In this document: positions 13,501-24,323 of the stretch, in pieces
Layout of the letters: each line of letters begins with the position of its first letter
Numbering within the stretch: the stretch's first letter is position 1
From: an uncultured virus (IMG/VR IMGVR_UViG_2061766007_000803)
Taxonomy: Duplodnaviria; Heunggongvirae; Uroviricota; Caudoviricetes
Length of the DNA: 64,000 nucleotides
Virus record (IMG/VR): IMGVR_UViG_2061766007_000803
Reading direction: 5' to 3' (one strand)
Program-made: the position numbers and the translations under genes
The notes under the pieces: model-generated
Seen by the model: the letters and a program-made list of their open reading frames with translations, nothing else
What the model was told of the DNA's origin: nothing
The model's database searches: none

Positions 13501-16500
13501 CATCGCGCACAGCAGTAACTTTAAAGATAAGCTTCATTTCCGCACCATCATCAAATACTGCGCTAGTTGTTACTGTGCCATCACTGGTTGATACATTATG
13601 TTGTTTAAACATCTTATAGTCTAGATATGCATAAGAACCGGCTTTAATTACAAAGCATTTTCCATCTTCATCTTCTTTANNNNNNNNNNNNNNNNNNNNN
13701 NNNNNNNNNNNNNNNNATAAGTAGTGCCATTCTTTGTCCAAGTTGGTAAACGATTTTGAGAATTATTAGTTAAAACAGATGGGTCAAAATCAATAAGTTC
13801 ACCTGGAACAGGAGCAATATCAATATTTAATGGAGTTACTACTAATGGGATTATAATATAAGTTTCTCCAACTTTAATAGCTAGATTATGATTGCCACTA
13901 GTATTTGCTACATATCGTAATATTCCTGTATTTGTATTTGTTAAAGTAATTGTATCAAATGCAGTATTAGTGCCATTTGGATTATAATTATAATAATAAG
14001 ATACATCATAACTATTAGATGTACTATTATAAATAGTATATGGAATTTCTACTGTACTATATTGTTGTGCGGTAACTCCAGTTAAACGCATAGAAGAAGC
14101 AATAATAATAGGAGTTGCTTCATTTTCGCTATCATACCAGATATAATCACGAACAATATGCTCTGGAGATGATTCTTCATGTCCATTAATCATGGCTTTT
14201 AAATACATATCAACAGTATGTGCGCCATGAGCTAAAGAAGAAGCAGAGATTACATATTCTTGTGCCACACCTGTAACTGCTTGTCCAAGAGGAACAGTTT
14301 GTATAGTAGCATCGTTGTTATCAAATTTGACATACAATGTTTTATCCATTGCGCCATAAGGAGTATATGTAATACTAAAATCTTCTCCAACAGGAATTAA
14401 CGCAGTTTCTGGAGCAGTACTTTCAATACGAAGTTCAAGCATTGTTACTGTCCATTTTCTATATAATGTTTCACCATTATTTGTAGTAACGGTAAGGTTA
14501 AATTCATTATTACCTAATGTGCAATAATCTGCAACATTAATAGAAACATAGCCATCATCATATACTACACCATCTGGTTTATTATTTGGCCAAGCAGAAA
14601 CCGTTTCATCTGCAGCACCACTATTGATAGTATCGGTAGCAACAGTCATTCCATTTTTATCCTTTAATACAAATGTTGCTTCATGAGCTTCTTGAGTAAT
14701 ATCTATGCAAGAATAGAAGAAACGTAAGTAAACTGCTTCATTACCAACAATAGTAGTAATAGAAGTAGGTGGAATACGTACTAAACGAGTTGTACTAGTT
14801 ACTGCAGAACCGCCGCCACCCTGTGGTAATAGAATATGAGCTATTCGTTGACTTACTGGAGGAAGTGCATCAGAATAAATTGTAGAATCTTCTCCATAAG
14901 CGAATTCATATAAATCTAAATAATTTGTATCATTATCACCGGTAGACTTAGTTATGTTATAACGTTTAATATTATCTTTATCAATGAAGTTACTGATTTC
15001 AATTTCAGTTAAAACATCATCAATTGTTACCCAACGATAATGGTGGACGCCATCGGCTTTAGTTACATAATAATCTGTATTTTCTGCCTTTGTTGCATTT
15101 AAATAAGCATCATTAGTAGCATAATCATAACCAGAATTATTTCCGCCCTCGCCGCCTGCGCCACTAATAAGTTCCCAACTAAATACATTTGGATTAGTGG
15201 AGATTTTAATATACTTCCAATAATAGTATTTGGTATCAGGACTTGCGCCCTTGATTAAATAATCAACATCTTCAGATGGGTTATTAATTTGTGGTTTACC
15301 ATTAGCATCGTAAGTCGCATTATGTATTATTTCTGTATAGCTAGTCTGCTTATTCTTTAAATTATTTACATCAGTATTTAACTAAGAAATATCTGCAGGC
15401 TATAAAGCCGTATCTGCTTTAGCTTTTGCCGCATCAGCAATAGCCTTAGTTGCGGCTAAACCAGTAGTTTCATGATTTACAGCGCCTTCTAAAGTATCAA
15501 TTGCACTTTCTGCATCATCAAGACGGCCATCTAAACCCGCGATTACGGTATTAGAACCATCATCAATTGCATCTAAACGACCTTCAATTGTACCAAATCT
15601 ATCATTAAGAGTACCACTACCATTTGCAGCATCAATTTCTGTTTCTAACGTGCTAACACGAGCTGCAAGAGTATTTCCTGTTAAAGCAGTTCCACCATCG
15701 ATTGCATCTAAACGAGCATCTAATCCTGCGATTGAACCTGTTGAAACATTATCAATAGCATCAATACGTGCTGCTACTGTATTAGTAGTAGTAAAACCAC
15801 TGCCAAGTAAACCATCAGTATGGGTATTTGCATTATTAGTTGCATTAGTTTGCGCTGTAGAGATAAGTTCTGCAACAGTTGTCCCTGCTGTAGTCCCTAT
15901 ACCAGTACCAAACATTTGCTTAATAACATTGCCTTGTTTTGCACTTAATGGCTTATTGGTGTCTGTTTGATTTAGATTATCTACTATATCAGATACATTT
16001 ACTTTATCCGTTTGTAAATTACCAATTGCTGTTTCATTTGCGCTAATACGTGTTTCATCTTGTGTAAAACGCTGAGATAATGTTGTATTATTACCGCCCT
16101 ATGTGTTCTATCCACGAGCATTACTAATTTCAGTAATAATTTGTGGAACATTCATAGATGGGATAGTATTAGCATCTAAGTTAGTTAATCTTTCACCAAA
16201 ACTAAGATTACCGTTCTGTGGATTAATTGTGGTAGATACACCATTTGCAGTAGATTCTACATTACTAATCTTTCTATCAATGTCAGCAATTTTTTCCGCG
16301 AGAGAACCCGCAACAACTTGTACACCATCTTTTAAAACAGTGCCAATAACTTTAGCATCATTAATCCAAGTTTGTGCTGTGGTTGCTTCACGTGCAGCGC
16401 CAATTGCTTTATTATCAATTTCTTGAAGACAGTCAGCTAAATGTTTTGTTACTTCGCCTGCTTGATTGNNNNNNNNNNNNNNNNNNNNNNNNNNNNNNNN

Positions 16501-16714
16501 NNNNNNNNNNNNNNNNNNNNNNNNNNNNNNNNNNNNNNNNNNNNNNNNNNNNNNNNNNNNNNNNNNNNNNNNNNNNNCGGCTATCTAATGAAGTAATTTC
16601 AGATTGCTACTCTAATGCTGTAGCAACGCCGCCCTCAAGACTATTCATTTTTTCTTGAGTAATTGGTTCGCCTACAACCCAATTGTGTTCTCCATTCCAC
16701 GCATGTTGAGCCAT
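7558..16714 (-). CDS. Giant (~3000 aa) virion/tail protein with coiled-coil repeats, CBM-like module, CotH-kinase-like region and LRR-like region
   Basis: AGGAGG RBS + ATG 16714; ORF-track fragments end at TAG (15400, 11645, 10940, 10430, 9668, 8863, 8533, 7796) or N gaps; motifs WTANTTYVVDDLVIYNDAVYKC, DNRAKNTFW, YDTDTAAGIDNNG, LETLNVKNCNNL. Confidence 0.7.
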
Positions 16715-16845
16715 GTTCTTTACCTCCTTTCTCTCAAAATTCAATTAAAGAAGCATAAACTTCTTTCTAATAATTTTGTATGGGAGAAAGGTAAGTATAA
16801 TGCTTTTAATTTTTTGTAATAAAAAAAATCGTGGTTAAACCACGA

Positions 16846-17135
16846 TTATTTAAAAGTCTCTTCTGCATAACCATGTTCTGTGGTATATGCTATTTTTTTA
16901 ATACCAAGCTCTTTTATTAGTGCCATGCAAGAGGGGCATGGCCGCGAAGGTGCCAGTGCGCCATCCTTATATTCTCTATATAAGNNNNNNNNNNNNNNNN
17001 NNNNNNNNNGATGGAGTCTCCAAATTTCCAACGCAATTTTTGAATTAGTGATACTTCTGCATGAGTTTTATCTAATGTATTAGAATCTTTAAATCTATAT
17101 ATATTGTATTTAGCTTGAAGAGGCGAAGTTTTATT
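16846..17135 (-). CDS. Cytidine/dCMP deaminase family protein (5' end in N gap)
   Basis: THAEV and SRPCPSCM zinc motifs plus GIKKIAY. Confidence 0.8.
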
Positions 17136-17240
17136 NNNNNNNNNNNNNNNNNNNNNNNNNNNNNNNNNNNNNNNNNNNNNNNNNNNNNNNNNNNNNNNNN
17201 NNNNNNNNNNNNNNNNNNNNNNNNNNNNNNNNNNNNNNNN

Positions 17241-17489
17241 TTTAAAATACTGAGTACCAGCATTTTGAAAATATATTGATTCATTATGAGTTGCGGCATA
17301 TTCTATTGCTTCTTTTAAAATCAATCGCTGGTCTTCTTCTGATACGTCGATTCCAGTAGAAATTACATGTAAATTGTCCTCAATTTCATCTACGCCTTCT
17401 TCAAAATAAATATTAAAGATACCGTAATCTTCTTCAATATAATACCATTTCTTAATTTTACAGATATTAACTAATTCATCTACTTTCAT
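17241..17489 (-). CDS. Hypothetical protein, tandem paralog 3 of 3
   Basis: WY.....G.FNI.F...AIEYA motif shared with the two upstream ORFs; 3' end in gap. Confidence 0.55.
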
Positions 17490-17779
17490 TATGGTGTCTC
17501 CAATACATCTACTTTTATTTCATACATTCCCCAGCCTGGTTTATAGAAATATACTATTTCCTCATTAGCTACTGCATATTTAATTGCGCCTTCAAGTACT
17601 TCTTTATTTCTTTCAGAATTATTAGTACCAGAAAATACTTGTAATGAGGCATCTATACAACCTACAGCATCTGGTAACGCGGTAAAAAGAACGTTGAATT
17701 TACCAAATCTTTTATCATTTACATGATACCATTGATTAACTCTACCATCATCAATAACTTCTTTTACACTTGATGTCAT
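17489..17779 (-). CDS. Hypothetical protein, tandem paralog 2 of 3
   Basis: WYHV..RFGKFNVLF...AIKYA..VDVLET. Confidence 0.65.
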   Translation of the reverse strand: MTSSVKEVIDDGRVNQWYHVNDKRFGKFNVLFTALPDAVGCIDASLQVFSGTNNSERNKEVLEGAIKYAVANEEIVYFYKPGWGMYEIKVDVLETP

Positions 17780-18063
17780 TGTTTCGTCTCCAATACATCC
17801 ACATAAACTCTACGAATGCCGCGTCCATCTTTATAATTACTATACTCTATATTTGCTTTAATAGCATAATTAATCATATCTTCAATAATCTGTGATTTCT
17901 TATCTTTATCAATTACATTGGTAGCATCAAAATATAGTACTGTATTATCAGTATCTATTTTATCATCAAACTTTACTTTAACTATTCCTAAAGTAGTTTC
18001 GACTTCATACCATGTTCCACAAAAACGGCCTCCAGCGAGCAAATCTTTGCAACAAAGAATCAT
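17776..18063 (-). CDS. Hypothetical protein, tandem paralog 1 of 3
   Basis: WYEV..LGIVKVKF...MINYA..VDVLET. Confidence 0.65.
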   Translation of the reverse strand: MILCCKDLLAGGRFCGTWYEVETTLGIVKVKFDDKIDTDNTVLYFDATNVIDKDKKSQIIEDMINYAIKANIEYSNYKDGRGIRRVYVDVLETKQ

Positions 18064-18328
18064 ATAAATTACCCCTTTCTTTAAATTTATTNNNNNNNNN
18101 NNNNNNNNNNNNNNNNNNNNNNNNNNNNNNNNNNNNNNNNNNNNNNNNNNNNNNNNNNNNNNNNNNNNNNNNNNNNNNNNNNNNNNNNNNNNNNNNNNNN
18201 NNNNNNNNNNNNNNNNNNNNNNNNNNNNNNNNNNNNNNNNNNNNNNNNNNNNNNNNNNNNNNNNNNNNNNNNNNNNNNNNNNNNNNNNNNNNNNNNNNNN
18301 NNNNNNNNNNNNNNNNNNNNNNNNNNNG

Positions 18329-18803
18329 CTAGCGTGGTGTACTTGATGGAAAAGTAATTAGTGATAGTGCTAGTGAAGCATAGGCTTTTCGCGCAGACCG
18401 TAATAATTATAGTAACTGTAAAGCCGCGGTTGAAGCAACTAAAGGATAGGTATTAACGTATGGTGGCAAGTATATTGGCGCATATTATTCTCATTCTAAT
18501 GGCGGCCGCACTTATTCATGTGAAGAAGTTTGGGGTAGTAAACGTCCATATTTAATCGCGCGAAAAGATGAATGGACAATAGCTTCGGGCGCAAAGAAAA
18601 ATGGTCACGGTATTGGTTTAAGTTAGGCTGGCTGCAAATATGCAGGCGCACATGGAGTTGGATATCGGGAAATACTTAGTTTTTATTATCCATATACAAC
18701 TCTTAAACAAATAGAAATCAAATAGGAAGATTATAGAAGTGTGGCAATAAAAGTAAGAGATAAAGTAAAAGAGGCTCTTAAAAAAATTGGGGAGATGCTT
18801 TAA
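18329..18803 (+). CDS. SpoIID/LytB-family lytic transglycosylase (5' end in N gap; TAG=Gln)
   Basis: Missed by ORF track; reads AVEATKG*VLTYGG..IGAYYSHSNGGRT..EVWG..PYL..D..GHGIGLS*AG..YREILSFYYP with *=TAG at conserved Gln sites. Confidence 0.85.
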
Positions 18804-19254
18804 GCATCTCCCTCTTTTATTTTTTCTTCAATTTTGGCTTCTAGTGCTTCGCGCTTAATTTCTAACTTNNNNNNNNNNNNNNNNNNNNATCAATAGCTTC
18901 TTGTAGACGTCTATCTACTGTTTGAACAAATACGTTCGCGCGCCGGAAGAAGCTCTTATAACACTTATCCTTTGCGCGACTAAAGGCAATCATGCGGCCT
19001 ACTTCTTCATCCCAAGTATCTTCATCAGAACATACTGCCTTTCCCATAAAAGAATTTGGTAGCTTAAGTTGGTCTATAAATTTTCCAGATGACCATAGTC
19101 CATTAATAGCATCTGATAGATTTACATCCTTACTACTCATATGGTCATCAATAAATCTAAGTAGTATACGTTTTGTATCTGGAATTACACATACAACTGT
19201 TTTCTTTTCTTCATTTACATAAAACCGGCAATCAGACATTTTAATACCATTCAT
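18800..19254 (-). CDS. Hypothetical phage protein
   Basis: GKAVCSDEDTWDEEVGRMIAFSRA motif common in phage proteins; 3' end across N gap. Confidence 0.6.
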
Positions 19255-19256
19255 AA

Positions 19257-19439
19257 TTATTTAACTCCTTTTAATATAAAAATTACAGCTAATATAGCTA
19301 AAATCAATCCTATTCCCAATAGAATTAGAATAGGGGTAAGTAGTGTTAACCACGAACAGGTAATAACTCCTGTAAGTTTTAATACTATTACTCCAATAAA
19401 AAGTAATATTATTATTATATCTACTATTCTATCTTCCAT
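19257..19439 (-). CDS. Small membrane protein
   Basis: Two hydrophobic helices, LKLTGVITCSW motif (similar to 42286-42486). Confidence 0.6.
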   Translation of the reverse strand: MEDRIVDIIIILLFIGVIVLKLTGVITCSWLTLLTPILILLGIGLILAILAVIFILKGVK

Positions 19440-19522
19440 AATATTACCTCATCCAACGTTGTTCTTTACAGATTTGACACTCAAATAATCGCTCATATCG
19501 TCCTACATAGACTAATTTCCAT

Positions 19523-19750
19523 TTATGTTTGCACCGGTGTCTTCGAAATATCGCCCAAAACATCATCATCAGGTCCTTTCCTATAAGCAAAATCCGCGCC
19601 ACAATTTAAACAATGACACTGGGTTGTTGTATAATTGGGGTCTTTACTGATTAATTTTCCATCTTTAAATACCGCGGGCGAATACATACAAGTAGTCACA
19701 GAATACTTTTCTTGATAATAGCTTTCGCCGCAATTAGGACATTTTATCAT
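19523..19750 (-). CDS. Zinc-ribbon protein
   Basis: CPNCG ... CLNCG. Confidence 0.6.
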   Translation of the reverse strand: MIKCPNCGESYYQEKYSVTTCMYSPAVFKDGKLISKDPNYTTTQCHCLNCGADFAYRKGPDDDVLGDISKTPVQT

Positions 19751-20222
19751 GTTCTTCTGCTTTCCTCTCGTAGAAGTCGTTTAGCATCATTAGAATGTTG
19801 TTCTCATGTCTTTGTAAAAGCTCTTCCATTTTATCTATTTTATCAGATTTACTTTGAATTAAAATTTTTAATCTAGTGTTTTCATTTTCCAAATCATGAA
19901 TTTGTTTAGTTTGACCAATAATTACACTATTGAATGTTTGTACTTGTTTTGCAAGATATTCAATATCTTCTTCTAATTCATCTATATGTTTATCTACTTT
20001 TTCTATTTCTTCTTTTGTTTCTTTGCCATCGTTGGTTACTGAAGTTGTAGCCATAGATAAATCTGACCAATTTATATATGGTAGCGTAGTAATACCGCGA
20101 CAATCCATAGTTGTTGTAGTACCAGTGCCATCCTTATTTATTGTAAGTTTTGTCACGGTGGTGGGCATTACATAAGTCCCATCTGGTTGAAATACTCTGA
20201 ATTCATTCTCTTCCTCATTCAT
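19734..20222 (-). CDS. Coiled-coil hypothetical protein
   Basis: Heptad-rich C-terminal half, coupled to neighbours. Confidence 0.55.
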   Translation of the reverse strand: MNEEENEFRVFQPDGTYVMPTTVTKLTINKDGTGTTTTMDCRGITTLPYINWSDLSMATTSVTNDGKETKEEIEKVDKHIDELEEDIEYLAKQVQTFNSVIIGQTKQIHDLENENTRLKILIQSKSDKIDKMEELLQRHENNILMMLNDFYERKAEEHDKMS

Positions 20223-20538
20223 CTTTATTAGTTTCCTTTTCTTCCAAATTCTGAAAATATGTACATGACAAATCTCTTTGTGGGCACATAATTTTTTCCC
20301 ACGAAATTCTTACCATTACGTTTTTCTCCTTCAATCGCATAATGGTTACATTATATCCTAAAACTTTAAAAGCGTTCATTACAGCTTGACTTATTTCTCC
20401 AGCATACATAATAGAAGTTCCTCCATATTGAACGCTATCTGCAATTCTCACTTCTAGATGCTTAAATAAAGAATAATCTTCTGGAGTTACAAGATAAGCA
20501 ATTGCACGCGCTTCAAGCGCAGTTAACATTGACAACAT
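20215..20538 (-). CDS. Hypothetical protein
   Basis: Overlapping operon-like arrangement. Confidence 0.5.
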   Translation of the reverse strand: MLSMLTALEARAIAYLVTPEDYSLFKHLEVRIADSVQYGGTSIMYAGEISQAVMNAFKVLGYNVTIMRLKEKNVMVRISWEKIMCPQRDLSCTYFQNLEEKETNKDE

Positions 20539-20856
20539 TTAATTACTCTCTAAGATACAAAAATTTGTATCATAAATAGCTATTTCGGGGCTACCGAATT
20601 TATTATAATAGAATGGAGTAAGGGAAAAACGTGAACCATCAAAGATAAGATAGTATACTATATAGGTATCTTTATCATATACTAGTTTAGTATGCCCATA
20701 ATCTTCAATTAAGACAAATCTATCATAGTAAACTGTAAGTCTCTGTCCTGTATCTTTATCATTTGTATAATACATACCAGGCTTACAAGAACTTAGAAGA
20801 AAAAGTGAAGCAATAAGTAGAATTACTGCAATTACTCTACGCATGGCTGTTTCCAC
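20539..20856 (-). CDS. Putative lipoprotein
   Basis: Signal peptide with LSSC lipobox. Confidence 0.55.
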   Translation of the reverse strand: METAMRRVIAVILLIASLFLLSSCKPGMYYTNDKDTGQRLTVYYDRFVLIEDYGHTKLVYDKDTYIVYYLIFDGSRFSLTPFYYNKFGSPEIAIYDTNFCILESN

Positions 20857-21053
20857 CTCGCAATAGCAACATCTCGTGCGGGTGATTCATAGCTCTCATG
20901 GCCGCACTGTTCACAACGTACAAGCCACGGAGTAGAGGTTTCTGGCTCCAGCTGTTCTACAATTTCATAGCCATGGCCGCCGCATTTAGGGCAGTACATG
21001 TTTCGGGAAAGTGCAGTCCGGCTTTCAATACGTTCTAAATAAACTACTTTCAT
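20832..21053 (-). CDS. Lar (restriction alleviation)-like zinc-finger protein
   Basis: CPKCGG...VRCEQCG...AIARW pattern. Confidence 0.55.
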   Translation of the reverse strand: MKVVYLERIESRTALSRNMYCPKCGGHGYEIVEQLEPETSTPWLVRCEQCGHESYESPARDVAIARWKQPCVE

Positions 21054-21057
21054 TTTA

Positions 21058-21645
21058 TCATTTCTCCTTTTTTCCAAACAGTTCTACTTTATAACGTGCA
21101 AGTTTTTGTTCTTCTGTTTCTTCAGGATTATCACTAGGAATATGAATAGAATCCCAATACTTAAGACGTTCGCGGTCAACTAGAATTGCATCTTNNNNNN
21201 NNNNAGGTTTTTCTAGAAGATCCTTATAATCTCTTTTATATTCAGCAATCTTTTCATTAACCTCATCTTGCGTAGGAGCTCTACCGTTCCAAGCGGTATA
21301 GGCAATCTCTTTATCTACTCTTTTCCCGCACATTACACATACATAGGTTTCTATCATTTTAATAGAATATTTATCAGAAAAATAACCCCATTTTAATGTA
21401 GGAGGAAAATCTCTATATAAATGATGACCAAGCTCACAAGGNNNNNNNNNNNNNNNNNNNNNNNNNNNNNNNNNNNNNNNNNNNNNNNNCCCATTTTCTT
21501 TTTCTTCCGTTTCTTCAATTAATAGAGATTCAAAATTGCTAAACCAATTGCCGCAAAAGAAGCAATTCACACGAAAGTGAGGTTGCCGCATCTTACAGTT
21601 GGAGCAAATATACGCGTCACCATTTTTAATAAGTTTACTTACCAT
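21058..21645 (-). CDS. Two small hypothetical/zinc-ribbon proteins joined across an N gap
   Basis: CSNC..CFFC N-terminal unit, then CVMCG unit. Confidence 0.45.
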   Translation of the reverse strand: MVSKLIKNGDAYICSNCKMRQPHFRVNCFFCGNWFSNFESLLIEETEEKENGXXXXXXXXXXXXXXXXPCELGHHLYRDFPPTLKWGYFSDKYSIKMIETYVCVMCGKRVDKEIAYTAWNGRAPTQDEVNEKIAEYKRDYKDLLEKPXXXXDAILVDRERLKYWDSIHIPSDNPEETEEQKLARYKVELFGKKEK

Positions 21646-21654
21646 ATTACCACC

Positions 21655-21855
21655 TTAGTCTACACTATTTATAATATCCATTACAGCGGCAATACGATAT
21701 AGTTCATCATTGTCCTCTTCTTCTTTAAGTTCCTTATAATTAGAAAAGGTATCGCCGCACCAACTACATTCGGGTTTAAAATTTGTAGGATGCCCGCATT
21801 TACTGCATCTATATCCATATCCATCTCTAACTATCATAAGCCACCTCAATCCCAA
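21655..21855 (-). CDS. Zinc-ribbon protein
   Basis: CSKCG..CSWCG, similar to the adjacent CSNC..CFFC ORF. Confidence 0.55.
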   Translation of the reverse strand: MGLRWLMIVRDGYGYRCSKCGHPTNFKPECSWCGDTFSNYKELKEEEDNDELYRIAAVMDIINSVD

Positions 21856-22319
21856 ATATTATAAAAATGTTCTGCTATGCGGCCGAGCGCAATACGAATG
21901 TTTCTTTCGCCTTGTGCTCTAAGTTCTTCCGCACGTGCAAAATATTTTTCACCAAGTTCTTTATTCCAAGTATTGGTATATTCTTCACAATATTCATTAT
22001 GTTCATCTTGCCAATCTTCTGTACCGGTTTCAATAAGGTCGGCAGTTTCTAAGAGCCATTCGCGCCATTTCTCAGGTGTTTCAAATGGTTCATAACCAGG
22101 ATAAGCGCATCCATGTTCAGCGAGATAACGTAACATTTCAGGGACTACATTCATAAACCAATAGTCCCAATTCCATACATCAGAATAACACCAACCATAT
22201 TTCGCGCGCATATAAGTTGCGCGAATATTGCGTCCAATTTGAGTGAACCATTTCCAAGGATGGGTTAAATAATACCGCGTACGATATGGGAAAATCCATA
22301 CATTACTCACTTCACTCAC
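21846..22319 (-). CDS. Hypothetical phage protein
   Basis: Trp-rich 157 aa ORF, sigmaA promoter upstream (22340-22368). Confidence 0.65.
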   Translation of the reverse strand: MSEVSNVWIFPYRTRYYLTHPWKWFTQIGRNIRATYMRAKYGWCYSDVWNWDYWFMNVVPEMLRYLAEHGCAYPGYEPFETPEKWREWLLETADLIETGTEDWQDEHNEYCEEYTNTWNKELGEKYFARAEELRAQGERNIRIALGRIAEHFYNIWD

Positions 22320-22479
22320 CTTCTTCTTTCTTACTTATATAATACTACAATTTTGAAAAAAAGTCAAATAATAAGGGAGCGTATTCACGCTCCCATATCT
22401 GTCATTAAGCTGATGGCGCGAAGCAAGCATCCTATAATGACTATTTATTATATATGATTTTCGCGCAAAAGTCAAATAT

Positions 22480-22713
22480 TTAATCATAAATAATAGTTAT
22501 AGTATATATATCATTATTTTTTCTAACATGAAAACCATTACCATCAATTAGTTCAATAAATTCTAGTTCATGAGGATTTGGATGGCAATAGGCAAAGTCG
22601 CAACTGCCGCGAAAAATTAGTTCACCAACTATTATTATATCATTTTTAAATCCAGAAAACCTGTCTTTATCATATTTAATATGTTTAAAAAAATAATATG
22701 CATAATCAATCAT
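22480..22713 (-). CDS. Hypothetical protein, DGNG-paralog 3
   Basis: EFIELIDGNGF motif. Confidence 0.6.
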   Translation of the reverse strand: MIDYAYYFFKHIKYDKDRFSGFKNDIIIVGELIFRGSCDFAYCHPNPHELEFIELIDGNGFHVRKNNDIYTITIIYD

Positions 22714-22987
22714 TGTCCAAATCTTCCCTTTTTATACTTACAGAAGTCATTGCGCTATTCCGTCGTGTATTATAACTTACTATATACCCATTACCATCAA
22801 TTAAATCATAAAACTCATAATGAAATGGACTAGGTTCATTTCTATATATATACTCGATTGACTGTATAGTCTCATTATCAATTTGGTTTATATGCGCAAT
22901 AAGTGATTTCAGTGTATTATCCTTTTTTACTATCATCTCAATAGCCGCTTTATCCGCGGTTATTGTATCATAAAAATCTTTACACAT
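22706..22987 (-). CDS. Hypothetical protein, DGNG-paralog 2
   Basis: YRNEP..EFYDLIDGNGYIV. Confidence 0.65.
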   Translation of the reverse strand: MCKDFYDTITADKAAIEMIVKKDNTLKSLIAHINQIDNETIQSIEYIYRNEPSPFHYEFYDLIDGNGYIVSYNTRRNSAMTSVSIKREDLDND

Positions 22988-23264
22988 CTTTTTTCGCTTC
23001 TCTTTCTATTGCTATCTCATAATACGTACTTATCTTATGTATACGAACTATATACCCATTACCGTCTAATACTTCAAAAAATTCTTTATGAGTACCCCAA
23101 GGTTCATTTCTATAGTTTACAGTATACTCTCCATATTTCGTTAATTTATACGCGTATGTTTGTAGCGCAGTATCTTCCTCCATTAACCCCTTTATAGGCC
23201 CTTTATCATAGGGTACGGTTTTGAGAAAGTCTTCAAGTACATTTTGTGGAACATTATAACTCAT
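22980..23264 (-). CDS. Hypothetical protein, DGNG-paralog 1
   Basis: YRNEP..EFFEVLDGNGYIV; promoter upstream. Confidence 0.65.
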   Translation of the reverse strand: MSYNVPQNVLEDFLKTVPYDKGPIKGLMEEDTALQTYAYKLTKYGEYTVNYRNEPWGTHKEFFEVLDGNGYIVRIHKISTYYEIAIEREAKKDV

Positions 23265-24277
23265 ACTTATGTCTCCTCTACTATTTAAATTATAGTATAA
23301 TTTAAGAAAATAGTCAAGTTTTAGGATTCAATGCGGGCTTGCGCAAGTATCCAGGTACAGCTCAAATTGAATATGAAATTTCATATTGCAGCGAGTTCAT
23401 ACAGAGGTTCGGCCGCATCCAAANNNNNNNNNNNNNNNNNNNNNNNNNNNNNNNNNNNNNNNNNNNNNNNNNNNNNNNNNNNNNNNNNNNNNNNNNNNNN
23501 NNNNNNNNNNNNNNNNNNNTAATCATAAACACAAATGCCATTGCATCTTCCAACCTATCATAAATCTTATAAGTTTCAGGATTCCTATTCTCCTCCAACC
23601 TCTCCGGCAATTGCGGCAAGCCCCAAAATAAAATTACCTCCTTNNNNNNNNNNNNNNNNNNNNNNNNNNNNNNNNNNNNNNNNNNNNNNNNNNNNNNNNN
23701 NNNNNNNNNNNNNNNNNNNNNNNNNNNNNNNNNNTCTCCAAGAAAAAAAATAGCGGTATTGGGATGTCCAACAAGGAACATCTATGTACGAAAAAAGAAA
23801 GGAAATGAAAATAAAATTGGAAATGTATTGGTCTCGACGCGAATGGTACCTACCGGNNNNNNNNNNNNNNNNNNNNNNNNNNNNNNNNNNNNNNNNNNNN
23901 NNNNNNNNNNNNNNNNNNNNNNNNNNNNNNNNNNNNNNNNNTTGTGAAAATGAAAATGAAATTGCAAAAAATCGAGATTTTTTCAAATATTTATCTTTTT
24001 TTCTATTATACTACAAGGAAAATAAGTTTGTCAAGTATTTGACAACAAGTTGGACTTCCTGTTGACTTATAGTTGGACTATTAGTTATATATNNNNNNNN
24101 NNNNNNNNNNNNNNNNNNNNATAAAATGTATACACATTTTTTTTCTTATATATAGGGAGGGGGGGGTTAGTAAAAAAAGTGCGTCTTTTTATAGTCACCT
24201 TTATTTGTAATAAAATGAGAAAAATGTTACATTTATATGTAACAAAAATACATTTTTATTAGACAAAAATATGTATT

Positions 24278-24305
24278 TGACATTTTATTATTTTTGTGGT
24301 ATAAT
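24278..24305 (+). promoter_or_regulatory. SigmaA-type promoter of the helicase gene
   Basis: TTGACA-17-TATAAT with extended TG, then GAGGTG RBS. Confidence 0.75.
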
Positions 24306-24323
24306 ATAATTGAGGTGAAGTAT

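Noticed and set aside
16917..17489. Fusion of small paralog to deaminase (190 aa ORF)
   Set aside because: Joined only across a 105-N gap; most likely two genes
23331..24120. ORFs and possible repeats in the N-rich intergenic zone
   Set aside because: Mostly N; ORFs are artefacts of gaps and nothing can be supported
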